Below are positions 30,590-39,813 of a DNA stretch of 64,000 nucleotides, piece by piece. The DNA lies in the NCBI GenBank assembly GCA_018819105.1, contig JAHJQV010000018.1, forward strand, positions 47,787 through 111,786, given 5' to 3'. This DNA is from Gammaproteobacteria bacterium. GTDB lineage: Bacteria; Pseudomonadota; Gammaproteobacteria; Xanthomonadales; Wenzhouxiangellaceae. The notes below the pieces were generated by a model. It was not told where the DNA came from. It did not search any database and saw only the letters and a list, made by a program, of their open reading frames with translations. Both the position numbers and the translations under genes were made by a program. Position 1 is the stretch's first letter. Every line of letters starts with the position of its first letter.

Positions 30590-31993
30590 ATGGAACTTTT
30601 TGCGCTCTTGACAAGTGATCACAAGCCCACCGCAAAGCTGCTGACAGCAATACTGTTCTGGCTGTCGCTGCTGGCGGGGCTGCCGTGCGCGGCACAGCCG
30701 GCTGATGCGGTCTCCACATCGGCTGTGAATCCTGCCACAACGCTAGCCGCCGGGCCAATGCCAGGCTACAGCACCGCGCAGGAAGCGGCGGTGTGGGTAC
30801 AGACCCGCGAGGCTGCCAGCGTGCAACTGCTGTACTGGCCGGAAGGCAGGGAGCAGCAGAGCTCGCGCAGTGCCAGCGTACAGACCAGACCGGATCGCGC
30901 CAACACCGCCACCCTGACCGCCAGCAATCTGCTGCCCGGCACACGTTATCACTACCGCATCGTGGTCAATGGCGAGTTGCTGCCAGCCACGCATTCCCAG
31001 CACTTCAACAGCCAGTCACTGCTGCATGAAGGCTTGGCTGATTTCAGCTTCGCACTGGGCTCCTGCGCCAAGGTCAACGCGCCACCTTTCGATGCACCCA
31101 ACTACCGCAACGGTGGGGATTACCAGATCTTCGACGCCATCGCCGAGCAGCAGCCGGATTTCATGCTGTGGCTGGGCGACAACGCCTATTACCTGCCGCC
31201 CGACACCAGTTCTGCTTCCGGCATGTACGGCCGCTACAGCCAGGTCCGGCAATTGCCCGAGCTACAGCGACTGCTCAGCAGCACGCATCACTACGCCATC
31301 TGGGACGATCACGACTACGGCCCGAACAACTCCGACCGCAGCTTCGGTCTGCGTGACATCAGCAAGCAGGTGTTTCACAGTTTCTGGGCCAACCCGGTGC
31401 GCGATGCTGCCGGCAGCGGTGGCATCAGCAGCACGTTTGAGTGGCAGGATGCGGCGTTTTTCCTGCTCGACAACCGCAGCCACCGGCGCGCCAATTTGCG
31501 CGTCACCGGCCAGCGTCAGATACTGGGCCCGCAGCAGCTGGACTGGCTGATCAACGCGCTGTCAAACTCGCTGGCCACGTTCAAGTTCATCGTCATCGGC
31601 GGCCAGGTGCTCAACAGTGGTGAAGTGTTTGAAAACCATATCAACATTGCCCCCGGCGAACGCCGGGAACTGCTCGACCGCATCGCCGCCGAACGCATCC
31701 CCGGCGTAGTCATACTCAGCGGCGACCGGCACCACTCGGCCATGCACATCATGCCCCGCTACGAACAGTATCCACTGCACGAATGGACCGTGTCACCACT
31801 GACCGCCAAAGCCTACAGCCCGGTGCGCGGCGAAGGCCAGTACATCGTTGATGACAGCATCTACACCGAACGCAATTTCGGCGTTATCAGGATCAGCGGC
31901 CCTGCCGAACGTCGCCGCCTGCAGATGATCCTGCACGACGCCAATGGCCGCGAGGTGTGGTCTACCCGGATTGATGCCGAGGAACTGCAGTGA
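30590..31993 (+). CDS. PhoD-like alkaline phosphatase / phosphodiesterase
   Basis: Signal peptide followed by metallophosphatase motifs typical of PhoD (FSFALGSCAK, FMLWLGDNAYY, AIWDDHDYGPNN, ILSGDRHHS). Confidence 0.85.
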   Translation: MELFALLTSDHKPTAKLLTAILFWLSLLAGLPCAAQPADAVSTSAVNPATTLAAGPMPGYSTAQEAAVWVQTREAASVQLLYWPEGREQQSSRSASVQTRPDRANTATLTASNLLPGTRYHYRIVVNGELLPATHSQHFNSQSLLHEGLADFSFALGSCAKVNAPPFDAPNYRNGGDYQIFDAIAEQQPDFMLWLGDNAYYLPPDTSSASGMYGRYSQVRQLPELQRLLSSTHHYAIWDDHDYGPNNSDRSFGLRDISKQVFHSFWANPVRDAAGSGGISSTFEWQDAAFFLLDNRSHRRANLRVTGQRQILGPQQLDWLINALSNSLATFKFIVIGGQVLNSGEVFENHINIAPGERRELLDRIAAERIPGVVILSGDRHHSAMHIMPRYEQYPLHEWTVSPLTAKAYSPVRGEGQYIVDDSIYTERNFGVIRISGPAERRRLQMILHDANGREVWSTRIDAEELQ

Positions 31994-32003
31994 GGCGGCA
32001 TGT
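31796..32003. repeat. left copy of a 208-bp direct repeat (3' end of the PhoD-like gene plus 10 nt)
   Basis: Identical to 42399-42606 except one synonymous difference (t at 31885 vs c at 42488). Offset is 10,603 bp. Confidence 0.9.
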
Positions 32004-32139
32004 AACTGTGACTGGAAAACGCCTTACGAGGCAATGCATGAATTATTGCAATATGAACTTGAGACCAAGCTCTCTTCCGAATCCCCATGCCCCCAAATGA
32101 AGCCCAAGCATTTGCTGAATGGCGGTTAATAATTATGCT

Positions 32140-34191
32140 TTATTCTGTTTCGAAGCTGTCCGCAAACAGAGCGACAATGTCAATGTCGGTGCTCTGATTA
32201 TTGGTCGGATTGCGGTCGGGTAATCCATCAGGCAGAGCGACGCTGACCGTATTCAGTACGGTTTCTGATTCATCGGCAATTGCGGTCACAGTCAGTTCGA
32301 TCAGCACCTGTCCAAAAACCCCCAGGTCTACACTGGTCTGGATATCGCCAGTGCCGCTGTTTATGCTGCATGCGGACGTTGCGTCTGCGGTACATATCCA
32401 ACTCGCGGTCTTACGGTCAAGTGTTGCAGGCAACAGGTCGGTCACAGTGACGGCTTCTACTGCCACCGGGGTCAAATTCTGAACGCTGATGTCATAAGTG
32501 GTCGATTCATCTGGAGTAACATATATCTTCTGATTGGATTTGGTGACCGCAATGTCCAGAGATGGGATGCCGAATACTACGTATGCTTCCCCTGCGTCGT
32601 CCAAACCATTGCGATCGGCATTGATGGTGCTGATGAGCAGGTCTTCACGGCCATCTCCGTTTAAATCGCCTGCCGCATTGACCTGCTCACCAGAGCGATC
32701 CTGGACCATAACGCCGTTCATCTGCATGCCGTTAACGGCGTCCACGCCGGGCTGATCGAACTGGCTGAGCTCGATCACCTGCTGTCCAGCGTTGGGTGGA
32801 CCACCAAACAGTACATAACTGATACCACTCTCGGTAAGGCTGGTATCGCCACGTGAGGCAGCGACCAGTACGTCATCAAAACCGTCACCATTGAAATCGC
32901 CTGCCGGGCTGATGGCGTTGCCAGCGAAATCAAACATTGCAGCACCATTTACATGCACACCAGAGGTGGCCGCCATTGAGCTGCCGTTCAGTTCGGCAAG
33001 ATGAATGCTTGCTGGCAGGTTGCTGCTACCAAACACTATGCTGGCACGACCGCTACTGATGCCATTAATACTGGCAAAAGTTTCACCAATCGCAAAATCG
33101 TTGACACCATCGGCATTGAAGTCGCCCACTGCACCAACCGATTCAAAGCAGGGATGGGCACAAACAATGGTGGCGCCGGTGACCGCCTGCATGCCTGAAC
33201 CATTGAGCTCGGCCAGATCAATGGCATCGGGCAACGTAGCGGAACCGTACACCAGATAATTGAAAAATTCACTCTGACTGTTTGTGCTGTTGGCGATCAG
33301 GATGTCATCGATTGCATCGCCGTTGACATCGCCCACACCACGCACCCGCCCGCCGATACGTTCATTGTCGTTAAAGCCGTTGATCCGGACACCCGCTGCA
33401 GCGTTGGCTCCAACACCGTTCAAATCCATCAGCTCAACAATGGCCGGCAGGCTGCCGTCGTCCTGGCCATACAGGATTATCACCTGGCCGCGATTGCTGC
33501 CGCCGGGTTCGATATCGGCATTGACCACGCCGATCAGCAGGTCGTCGACGCCGTCGTCATTGATATCACCCGCGCCATCAATGGAAAAGCTGGATTGGTC
33601 AATGGCCGCTGCGCCGCGAATGGTGATGCCCGGCGTCGAGTTGGGCCCGGTTCCATTGAGATCTGACAACTCAATGGAGGCTGGGAAGCCAGCATCATCG
33701 CGACCGAAGATCACGTAGGTTTCTCCGGCACCGGAAAATGTGCCGGTGAACGCGATCGGCGCACTCAGCACCAGATCGTCGATGCCATCGCCGTTGATAT
33801 CTCCGGCCGCCGCGATTTCCCGCCCGGTCAGGCTGCCGCCCGATACGCCCAGGATGGTCAGGCCCAGCGTACCGTCAAAATCAGCTGCTGAAAGCGTCTC
33901 GGGAAAACCACCCTGACGACCAAACAGCACAAACGCAGCACCGCTGTCGTTGCCGTTAGTATCATCGCCGGGCAGGCCGATGGCAACGTCGTCAAAGCCA
34001 TCGGCATTGATATCGCCGATGCCGCTGAGACCGGCACCCAGATTGGCAAACACAGTGTTGCCGGGAAACGTTATCCCGGCCAGACTACCGGCAGTATTCA
34101 GCTCGGCCAGTTCGACGACTTGCGGCAGTTCTTGAGCATGCACAGGGGCTAGCATGAGCGCCAATACGGCAAGCCAGCCTCTGTTGGCCAT
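32140..34191 (-). CDS. secreted FG-GAP (integrin-alpha-like) seven-blade beta-propeller protein with a C-terminal DUF11-type domain
   Basis: Signal peptide MANRGWLAVLALMLAPVHA. Seven GD(I/V/F/L)NxDGxDD(L/V/F/I) calcium-loop repeats. A DUF11-like region LDIAVTKSNQ...NNQSTDIDI. Ends ...VALFADSFETE. Confidence 0.8.
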   Translation of the reverse strand: MANRGWLAVLALMLAPVHAQELPQVVELAELNTAGSLAGITFPGNTVFANLGAGLSGIGDINADGFDDVAIGLPGDDTNGNDSGAAFVLFGRQGGFPETLSAADFDGTLGLTILGVSGGSLTGREIAAAGDINGDGIDDLVLSAPIAFTGTFSGAGETYVIFGRDDAGFPASIELSDLNGTGPNSTPGITIRGAAAIDQSSFSIDGAGDINDDGVDDLLIGVVNADIEPGGSNRGQVIILYGQDDGSLPAIVELMDLNGVGANAAAGVRINGFNDNERIGGRVRGVGDVNGDAIDDILIANSTNSQSEFFNYLVYGSATLPDAIDLAELNGSGMQAVTGATIVCAHPCFESVGAVGDFNADGVNDFAIGETFASINGISSGRASIVFGSSNLPASIHLAELNGSSMAATSGVHVNGAAMFDFAGNAISPAGDFNGDGFDDVLVAASRGDTSLTESGISYVLFGGPPNAGQQVIELSQFDQPGVDAVNGMQMNGVMVQDRSGEQVNAAGDLNGDGREDLLISTINADRNGLDDAGEAYVVFGIPSLDIAVTKSNQKIYVTPDESTTYDISVQNLTPVAVEAVTVTDLLPATLDRKTASWICTADATSACSINSGTGDIQTSVDLGVFGQVLIELTVTAIADESETVLNTVSVALPDGLPDRNPTNNQSTDIDIVALFADSFETE

Positions 34192-34263
34192 AGCCCCAGC
34201 AGCGTTTATGGAGTCAGTGAAAAACAGCATGTGAATCCTCGTTCTTGATTAGTCTTTTCGCAG

Positions 34264-36747
34264 TTATTCAAAGCCGTCAAAAAACACGATGCCACTGGTG
34301 CCAACCAGGGGAACAGATGTGTCATTGCTCAGAGAGACTGAGTTGGATCGAATCCGAAGCTCGCTTGTTACGATGCCGGGCTGAAACGGAGTGAATTGCA
34401 GGTCGACCGTACAGCTGCCTTGCGCCGGTACTGGTTGAGTGCAACCATTACTGGCGACGGCAAACTGAGTGTTGATTGCGATAACAAACGCTATTTCCAA
34501 AGGTCGGCTACCGGTATTGGTCAACGTCAAAGCTTCTATCGGGCTGGTTACGTCGACCGGCGTGTCCTGAAACTGAATGCTGCCCGGGCTTGCATTCAGC
34601 TCGGCGCCTGTGATCGGATTGGCGAATACCGGAATGGTCAGCGGTGAATCAGGAGTGTCCACGCTAATCGTCACCTCTGGCGTTTGGGACATTGATATGA
34701 ACTCATCGGTTTCCAGAATGACGGTCACCTCGCAGCTATCGCCGGCTAGCAATTGCAGGTCGCAGTCGCTCTCAACGGTAGTCGATGAAGAGCTCTCACT
34801 GATTTCCAGAATGTGCAATATCCCTGGTCCATTGCTTTCAATAGTTATAGTTCGGCTCTCATCCTCATTCGCCGGTTCAACGATATAAGTGCCAAAGTTA
34901 AATGCGAGAGGCGAGATTGAGATGCTCGGTTCCGGGCTGACCTCAATCGCTCCAATATCGGTCATTCCGTTGAACGTACGCGGAAACGTAAAACCGCGTT
35001 GATCACTGATCTCACTGTTGGGATTGTCCCCGGAATCCAGTACCACGCTGCCGGTATCGGGCATATAGGTTTGCGGACATTCTTCCTCACCAGGGAAGCC
35101 TGCGGTCATGAAGCAACCGTTGTCATCGAGCGAATCGAATGCCGGGCCGTCACTAAAAATATTGTCGACATTATTGCCGTTTATTTCAGTACTCGCGTCG
35201 CCGAATACAGATTGAATTACGTTAACCACATGGCCAAGGACATCGTTTTCAAGTAAAAAATTATCATCGAGGTTGTCGGCAAGCACGGTGCTGATGAGTG
35301 TTAGCTCCGCCATACTCATGGCAAGCTCCGGGCTGTAAAAAATGCCACCAGCATGGCCGCCGGCCTGATTGTCGATAACGGTGGAATTACTGATCATCAA
35401 GCCCTGGCTATCGCCGGAATAATACAAGGCACCGCCATTTGACTGTATGCCCGATGCCTCATTACCAGTGATGGTTGAATTGCGGATATCCAGATCGCCG
35501 GTCACCCACAGACCGCCGCCATGTGCTGCCCCCGCGTTGGTGGAGTTGAACGCCACGGTAGAATTAGCCAGCAGCAGGTTACCGGCGGCGATTGCACCAC
35601 CATGGTGACCATTACCGTTGGTTTGGTTGTTCCGCAGGATATTGCTGTCGGTCAATTCGATATTGGGGCCATAAATGGCACCACCGGGCGCTATGCAGTT
35701 GTTGCTTTCGAAGATACTCTGGCTGATGAAGACCACATTGTCTGTGGCAATAGCGCCACCGCCGGTATTCTGACAACGGTTACCGGAAAATCGACCTCTG
35801 GTAATTTCTGCATCGCAATCGGCACCAATAAAGACCGCACCACCAGCGCTGGTCGCGTCATTATCAACGAAGTCAAGACCATCAAGGTCAATGTTGTCAC
35901 CAATAGTACAGCCCGATGATGCAAACGCGCCGCCGAAACTCGCAGAGTTCTCAAAAAAGAGTGTTCCGCCACCTCCAGGTCCAAATCCAACAATGCTTTC
36001 GTATTGTCTGGCAAATATCGCCCCACCCATCGAGGACGGGCCAGCGGCACTGTTGCCAGAGAAAATCAGTCGAGGGCCTCCACTGGTTGTCAGCCTGCCC
36101 TGTTCAACATAAATCGCGCCCCCGTGTGCTTCCTGACCCTGGGTCGAATTGTTGGTAATCGCACTGATGATGCCGGAGGGTCTGATCGATACGTTACCGG
36201 TGCCGCCGATATACATGGCACCGCCATGGGCGCCATCACCCATCGTGGTGTTTCCATTCATTAGTAGATTTCTCAGCGTCAGCCTGCCCAGCGTGCACAC
36301 TGCACCACCTTGACCCGTGCCGGGAGCACAAGTCGCGGGCTCACTGCCGTTGGCCGTGGTCATACCATCCAAGAAAGCGACGTTCTCGAGCGCCAACAAG
36401 CTATCCGGGTTAGTGACAACCAGAATTCTGGAATTGTTGCTGGCGTCCAATGCAACCCGTGAAGCGGGCCCCTCAATGGTGACAAAATTGTCAGTCGTAA
36501 GCTCCAGGGGACCTGTAGTGATACTGATGAAATCGATGGATTCAGCGAAAGTGATTTCGACTTCATTGCTGCTGGCATTTGCCATTGCCACGGCATCGCG
36601 CAGGCTGCCGGGGCCGGCATTGTTGCTGTTGGTGACGACAAATTCATCGGTCTGTCCAGCATGGATGCTGCTGGAAACAAGCAACAGCAAGCTGCATAGA
36701 CATATTGGTAGATGGCAGTAGAGTGCCATGCTGTGAGGTCTCATCAT
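34264..36747 (-). CDS. secreted right-handed beta-helix protein (Pmp-like GGAI repeats) with two choice-of-anchor-D / ASH-like Ig domains
   Basis: Signal peptide MMRPHSMALYCHLPICLCSLLLLVSSSIHA. NAGPGSLRDAVAMAN start motif and many GGA(I/M/V)(Y/F) repeats. C-terminal Ig-like segments (ISISPLAFNFGT..., LNASPGSIQFQDTPV...). Ends ...GIVFFDGFE. AGGA lies 9 nt upstream of the ATG. Confidence 0.75.
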   Translation of the reverse strand: MMRPHSMALYCHLPICLCSLLLLVSSSIHAGQTDEFVVTNSNNAGPGSLRDAVAMANASSNEVEITFAESIDFISITTGPLELTTDNFVTIEGPASRVALDASNNSRILVVTNPDSLLALENVAFLDGMTTANGSEPATCAPGTGQGGAVCTLGRLTLRNLLMNGNTTMGDGAHGGAMYIGGTGNVSIRPSGIISAITNNSTQGQEAHGGAIYVEQGRLTTSGGPRLIFSGNSAAGPSSMGGAIFARQYESIVGFGPGGGGTLFFENSASFGGAFASSGCTIGDNIDLDGLDFVDNDATSAGGAVFIGADCDAEITRGRFSGNRCQNTGGGAIATDNVVFISQSIFESNNCIAPGGAIYGPNIELTDSNILRNNQTNGNGHHGGAIAAGNLLLANSTVAFNSTNAGAAHGGGLWVTGDLDIRNSTITGNEASGIQSNGGALYYSGDSQGLMISNSTVIDNQAGGHAGGIFYSPELAMSMAELTLISTVLADNLDDNFLLENDVLGHVVNVIQSVFGDASTEINGNNVDNIFSDGPAFDSLDDNGCFMTAGFPGEEECPQTYMPDTGSVVLDSGDNPNSEISDQRGFTFPRTFNGMTDIGAIEVSPEPSISISPLAFNFGTYIVEPANEDESRTITIESNGPGILHILEISESSSSTTVESDCDLQLLAGDSCEVTVILETDEFISMSQTPEVTISVDTPDSPLTIPVFANPITGAELNASPGSIQFQDTPVDVTSPIEALTLTNTGSRPLEIAFVIAINTQFAVASNGCTQPVPAQGSCTVDLQFTPFQPGIVTSELRIRSNSVSLSNDTSVPLVGTSGIVFFDGFE

Positions 36748-36762
36748 CGTTGGTATCCTGTT

Positions 36763-38925
36763 TTATTCAAAGCCATCTTTGAATACTTCATTGGCTTGAA
36801 GGAAAATGCCACCGACTTGCTGATCATCGATGAGTTGCAGTGAGCAGCTCTGACCGCTGCAGGCACCGATGAAATTCTGAAAAGTCGCGCCGGCATCGGG
36901 CGTGGGCGTCAGGGTGATACTGGTGTTGCCGGGGTAGCTGGCCGAGCAGGTGCCGGGGCAATTGATGGTGCCGGTGTTGTCGGCGATGCTGCCAGGGCCA
37001 GTCACCGTGATGCTCAGTACCGGGTCGTTTTCGATCAGCACAAACTGGGCGGTGGCGCCGCCATTCATGTTCAGTGTGGCGTTACACACCGGACCGCTGC
37101 TGGCTGAGCAGACACCGCCCCAGAGGTTGAACTGGCTGCCGGGTTCCGGCGTGGCGGTCAGCGTGATGCTGGTACCCGGCGGGTAGTCCTGCTGGCAGTC
37201 GCCCGGACAGTTGATGCCCAGTGGATTACTGGTGACGCTGCCAGCTGCACCGCCGGGCGTGTCAAGCAAAATGGTCAGCGTCACCGGCTGCAGATCAAAG
37301 TTGGCGGTGACACTGCGCATTTGATCCATGGTCACAGCACAGGCACCCATGCCGGAGCAATCGCCGCTCCAGCCAGCAAATACGCTGCCACCGTCGGGAC
37401 TGGGCGTCAGATTGACCATGGTGCCGACCGGATAATCAGCGCTGCATACGCCCGGACAGTTGATGCCGCCTGGATTGCTGCTCAGGCTGCCACTGCCGCT
37501 TCCAGCAATAGTGGTCTGCAGGGTGAAATCATCCACCGGATACTGCAACTCAATCGCACCGGCGTCGCAGAGGCTGCCGCCCATGCCCGGTCCACCGGCG
37601 CGCGGATTACCGACCGCGTCCGGCAATGTGATATCGCAATTGAATCCGGCCTCCATAAAGTCCACCGCCGGGCCATTGCGCAGCGGCAAATAATGGTTGT
37701 CGACTCGAATTGGATCGACAATATTACGGTAGTCATCGCTGAAGGTATCAAACCCATTGATACAGTTGTCCTGCTCATCGAGTACGTTGCCGTCAAACGA
37801 CATGTACGTTTGGGATGGGAAATTGGCGGAGCAGTCAACGCCGACAATGGTGTTGTTCACCAGCCGTCCGTTGCCGTGAATAATGCTGCTTCCATAAGTG
37901 ATGGTGCCGCTGCCGCCGTTGGCTTCCTGCACATGCATGCCGTCACCCAGCGCGCCGCCAGCACAGGCGTTGGCATCGTTTTGTACCAGCGTGCTGCGTA
38001 CCAGTTGCACCAGCACATCCTCGCCCGGGAAACCGGTATTGGCAATTGCCACCACATGAATGCCACCACCCACACGCCCTTCATTGCCGGCAATGGTGGA
38101 ATCGTTGAAAATCGCATAGGCAGCGGTCGGGCTGGTGGCTTCGATACGCAGCGCACCTCCAGTGCCGGCGGTATTGCCGCCACCACCGCGTGAACTGCCA
38201 CATTCGTTTGCGTCGTTATTCAACAGCGCGCTGCGGTTGATGGTCAGCGAGCCATTAAACTGGGCAATTGCACCGCCGCCGGTTTCAGTACTGCTGCTGG
38301 AGGTGCGATTGACCTGCAGCAGGGCATCGGTGATTTCCACCGTGCTGTCATCCAGTCTGAGCGCACCGCCAAAGGCAAACAGTCCTTCTGCGGTATTGCC
38401 GGAAATGCGTATATCGCTGAGTGTCAGATTGGTATCGGTGGCCAATATGGCACCTCCTCCCGACATGGGAAAGGCGGATATGCCGCCGCTCAGGTTCAGG
38501 TTGCTCATGCTGTGTGTACCTGTGTTGAACTCGAGCAGCCGAAACGCTTCGGTGCTGAAATTATCCCGGCTGATGGTTGCGTTTCGACCTTGGACAATGA
38601 CGTCGTCGACGATGACCGGCAGTGCATTATCGGTGCTGCCGTAGGCACTATCGAATTCGTAGTCAAAGTCTTGCGACAGCCGCAGGAAATCGGTGCCATT
38701 GCCCATCGGACAATCGGGATTCATGGCGCTGTCGGTGTTGGCGTTCTCGATGGCTTCGATCAGGCTGCACTGACCATCGGCAATGGCTGGATTGGTTTCC
38801 GGGTCAACCTCGATCAATGCGGCTTTCGCGGGAAGGACTGTCAGCATGAAGCTGAACAGCATCAGATTGATAAGAAGTTTGCTGCAGACACTTGTCAGGC
38901 CAGCATGGTTGGAGGCTCCTGTCAT
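36763..38925 (-). CDS. secreted beta-helix protein (choice-of-anchor-Q-like N-terminus) with three divergent InlB-B-repeat-like modules
   Basis: ORF 36763..39150. The signal-peptide-like start MTGASNHAGLTSVCSKLLINLMLFSFMLTVLPAKA at 38925 was chosen, with no clear SD, so the start is uncertain. DGQCSLIEAIENAN motif and GGAI/GGAL repeats. Three G-x-INCPG-x-C...YP-x-GT...LT-x-P...G-x-CSG modules. Ends ...EVFKDGFE. Confidence 0.7.
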   Translation of the reverse strand: MTGASNHAGLTSVCSKLLINLMLFSFMLTVLPAKAALIEVDPETNPAIADGQCSLIEAIENANTDSAMNPDCPMGNGTDFLRLSQDFDYEFDSAYGSTDNALPVIVDDVIVQGRNATISRDNFSTEAFRLLEFNTGTHSMSNLNLSGGISAFPMSGGGAILATDTNLTLSDIRISGNTAEGLFAFGGALRLDDSTVEITDALLQVNRTSSSSTETGGGAIAQFNGSLTINRSALLNNDANECGSSRGGGGNTAGTGGALRIEATSPTAAYAIFNDSTIAGNEGRVGGGIHVVAIANTGFPGEDVLVQLVRSTLVQNDANACAGGALGDGMHVQEANGGSGTITYGSSIIHGNGRLVNNTIVGVDCSANFPSQTYMSFDGNVLDEQDNCINGFDTFSDDYRNIVDPIRVDNHYLPLRNGPAVDFMEAGFNCDITLPDAVGNPRAGGPGMGGSLCDAGAIELQYPVDDFTLQTTIAGSGSGSLSSNPGGINCPGVCSADYPVGTMVNLTPSPDGGSVFAGWSGDCSGMGACAVTMDQMRSVTANFDLQPVTLTILLDTPGGAAGSVTSNPLGINCPGDCQQDYPPGTSITLTATPEPGSQFNLWGGVCSASSGPVCNATLNMNGGATAQFVLIENDPVLSITVTGPGSIADNTGTINCPGTCSASYPGNTSITLTPTPDAGATFQNFIGACSGQSCSLQLIDDQQVGGIFLQANEVFKDGFE

Positions 38926-39240
38926 GACCGAGCGCGCTGCTGCCACCATGCTGCCCGGCAATGTCGGTTTTGCGCATTTCCTGACGTGACACCAAGCTGC
39001 GCGTCTCTGCTCATTTGCTCTCATCCTTGCTGCCATAGTGACTTCTCTCGTCGTATCCAGTCGTGCCATAGGGCTCAAGCGGCCTTTTACCGAAGCGGGC
39101 TGTGTGTTGCTGCTATGGTTGTTACTGATTAACGCAACAGTTGCGCCCAAAAAGGCTCAAGATGGATTGCGCTGGAACGAAAAAAGTTGGCACGGTGGGA
39201 AACAGACACGCCTTACGGATCAGGGCAGAAGAATTCAATC

Positions 39241-39813
39241 CTATTGCCGGATTTCACGCCTCAGCCAGGTCTTGGCCAACAACCACTGGCGCTTGACAGT
39301 GGCCGGTGAAATATTGAGCGCTTCTGCGGTCTCGTCGATCTTTAGCCCCGCGAAGTAACGGCACTCGACCACCCGCGCCGCGCGGGCATCAATATCGGCC
39401 AGTCTGTTCAAGGCCTCGTCAAGCGCCTCGATATCGACATTCGGCGTCTCGCCAAGGGCAGGGTTGGCAAGAAAAGTATCGGCATGGCTGAGCGTGAGGT
39501 GTTCAGCGCCGTTGCCACGCTTGAGGCGCTTGCGCTGCTTTGCATGGTTGACCAGCACACGGCGCATGATCATAGATGCCACGGCCAGAAAATGCGCCCG
39601 ATCCTGCCAAGATGCGCGATTCTGCTGAGCAAGCCGCAAGTAGGCTTCATTGACCAAGGCCCCGGTATCGAGCGTGTGGCCAGGGCGTTCGCTGCGCAGA
39701 TGACGGCTGGCGGCCAAACGCAACTCGTCATGGATCAGCGGCATGAGTTCATCAAGGGCATTGCGATCGCCTTGTCGAGCGTCCTGGATCAGTTGCGTGA
39801 TGTGACCATTCAT
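39241..39813 (-). CDS. ECF-type RNA polymerase sigma factor, kinase-associated class (TIGR02999 / Sigma70_ECF-like)
   Basis: ITQLIQDARQGDRNALDELMPLIHDELRLAASRHLRSERPGHTLDTGALVNEAYLRL... and region 4 ARVVECRYFAGLKIDETAEALNISPATVKRQW. The ATG overlaps the kinase stop (ATGA at 39810-39813). Confidence 0.9.
   Translation of the reverse strand: MNGHITQLIQDARQGDRNALDELMPLIHDELRLAASRHLRSERPGHTLDTGALVNEAYLRLAQQNRASWQDRAHFLAVASMIMRRVLVNHAKQRKRLKRGNGAEHLTLSHADTFLANPALGETPNVDIEALDEALNRLADIDARAARVVECRYFAGLKIDETAEALNISPATVKRQWLLAKTWLRREIRQ

Noticed and set aside
38926-39150. 75-codon upstream extension of the first beta-helix ORF, and similar 5' extensions of topA, hemF, dienelactone hydrolase and the Y-family polymerase ORFs
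   Set aside because: Family N-termini or signal peptides begin at internal ATGs. The extensions are Arg-rich, and for topA the extension would overlap the 3' end of smg. The first beta-helix start remains uncertain.
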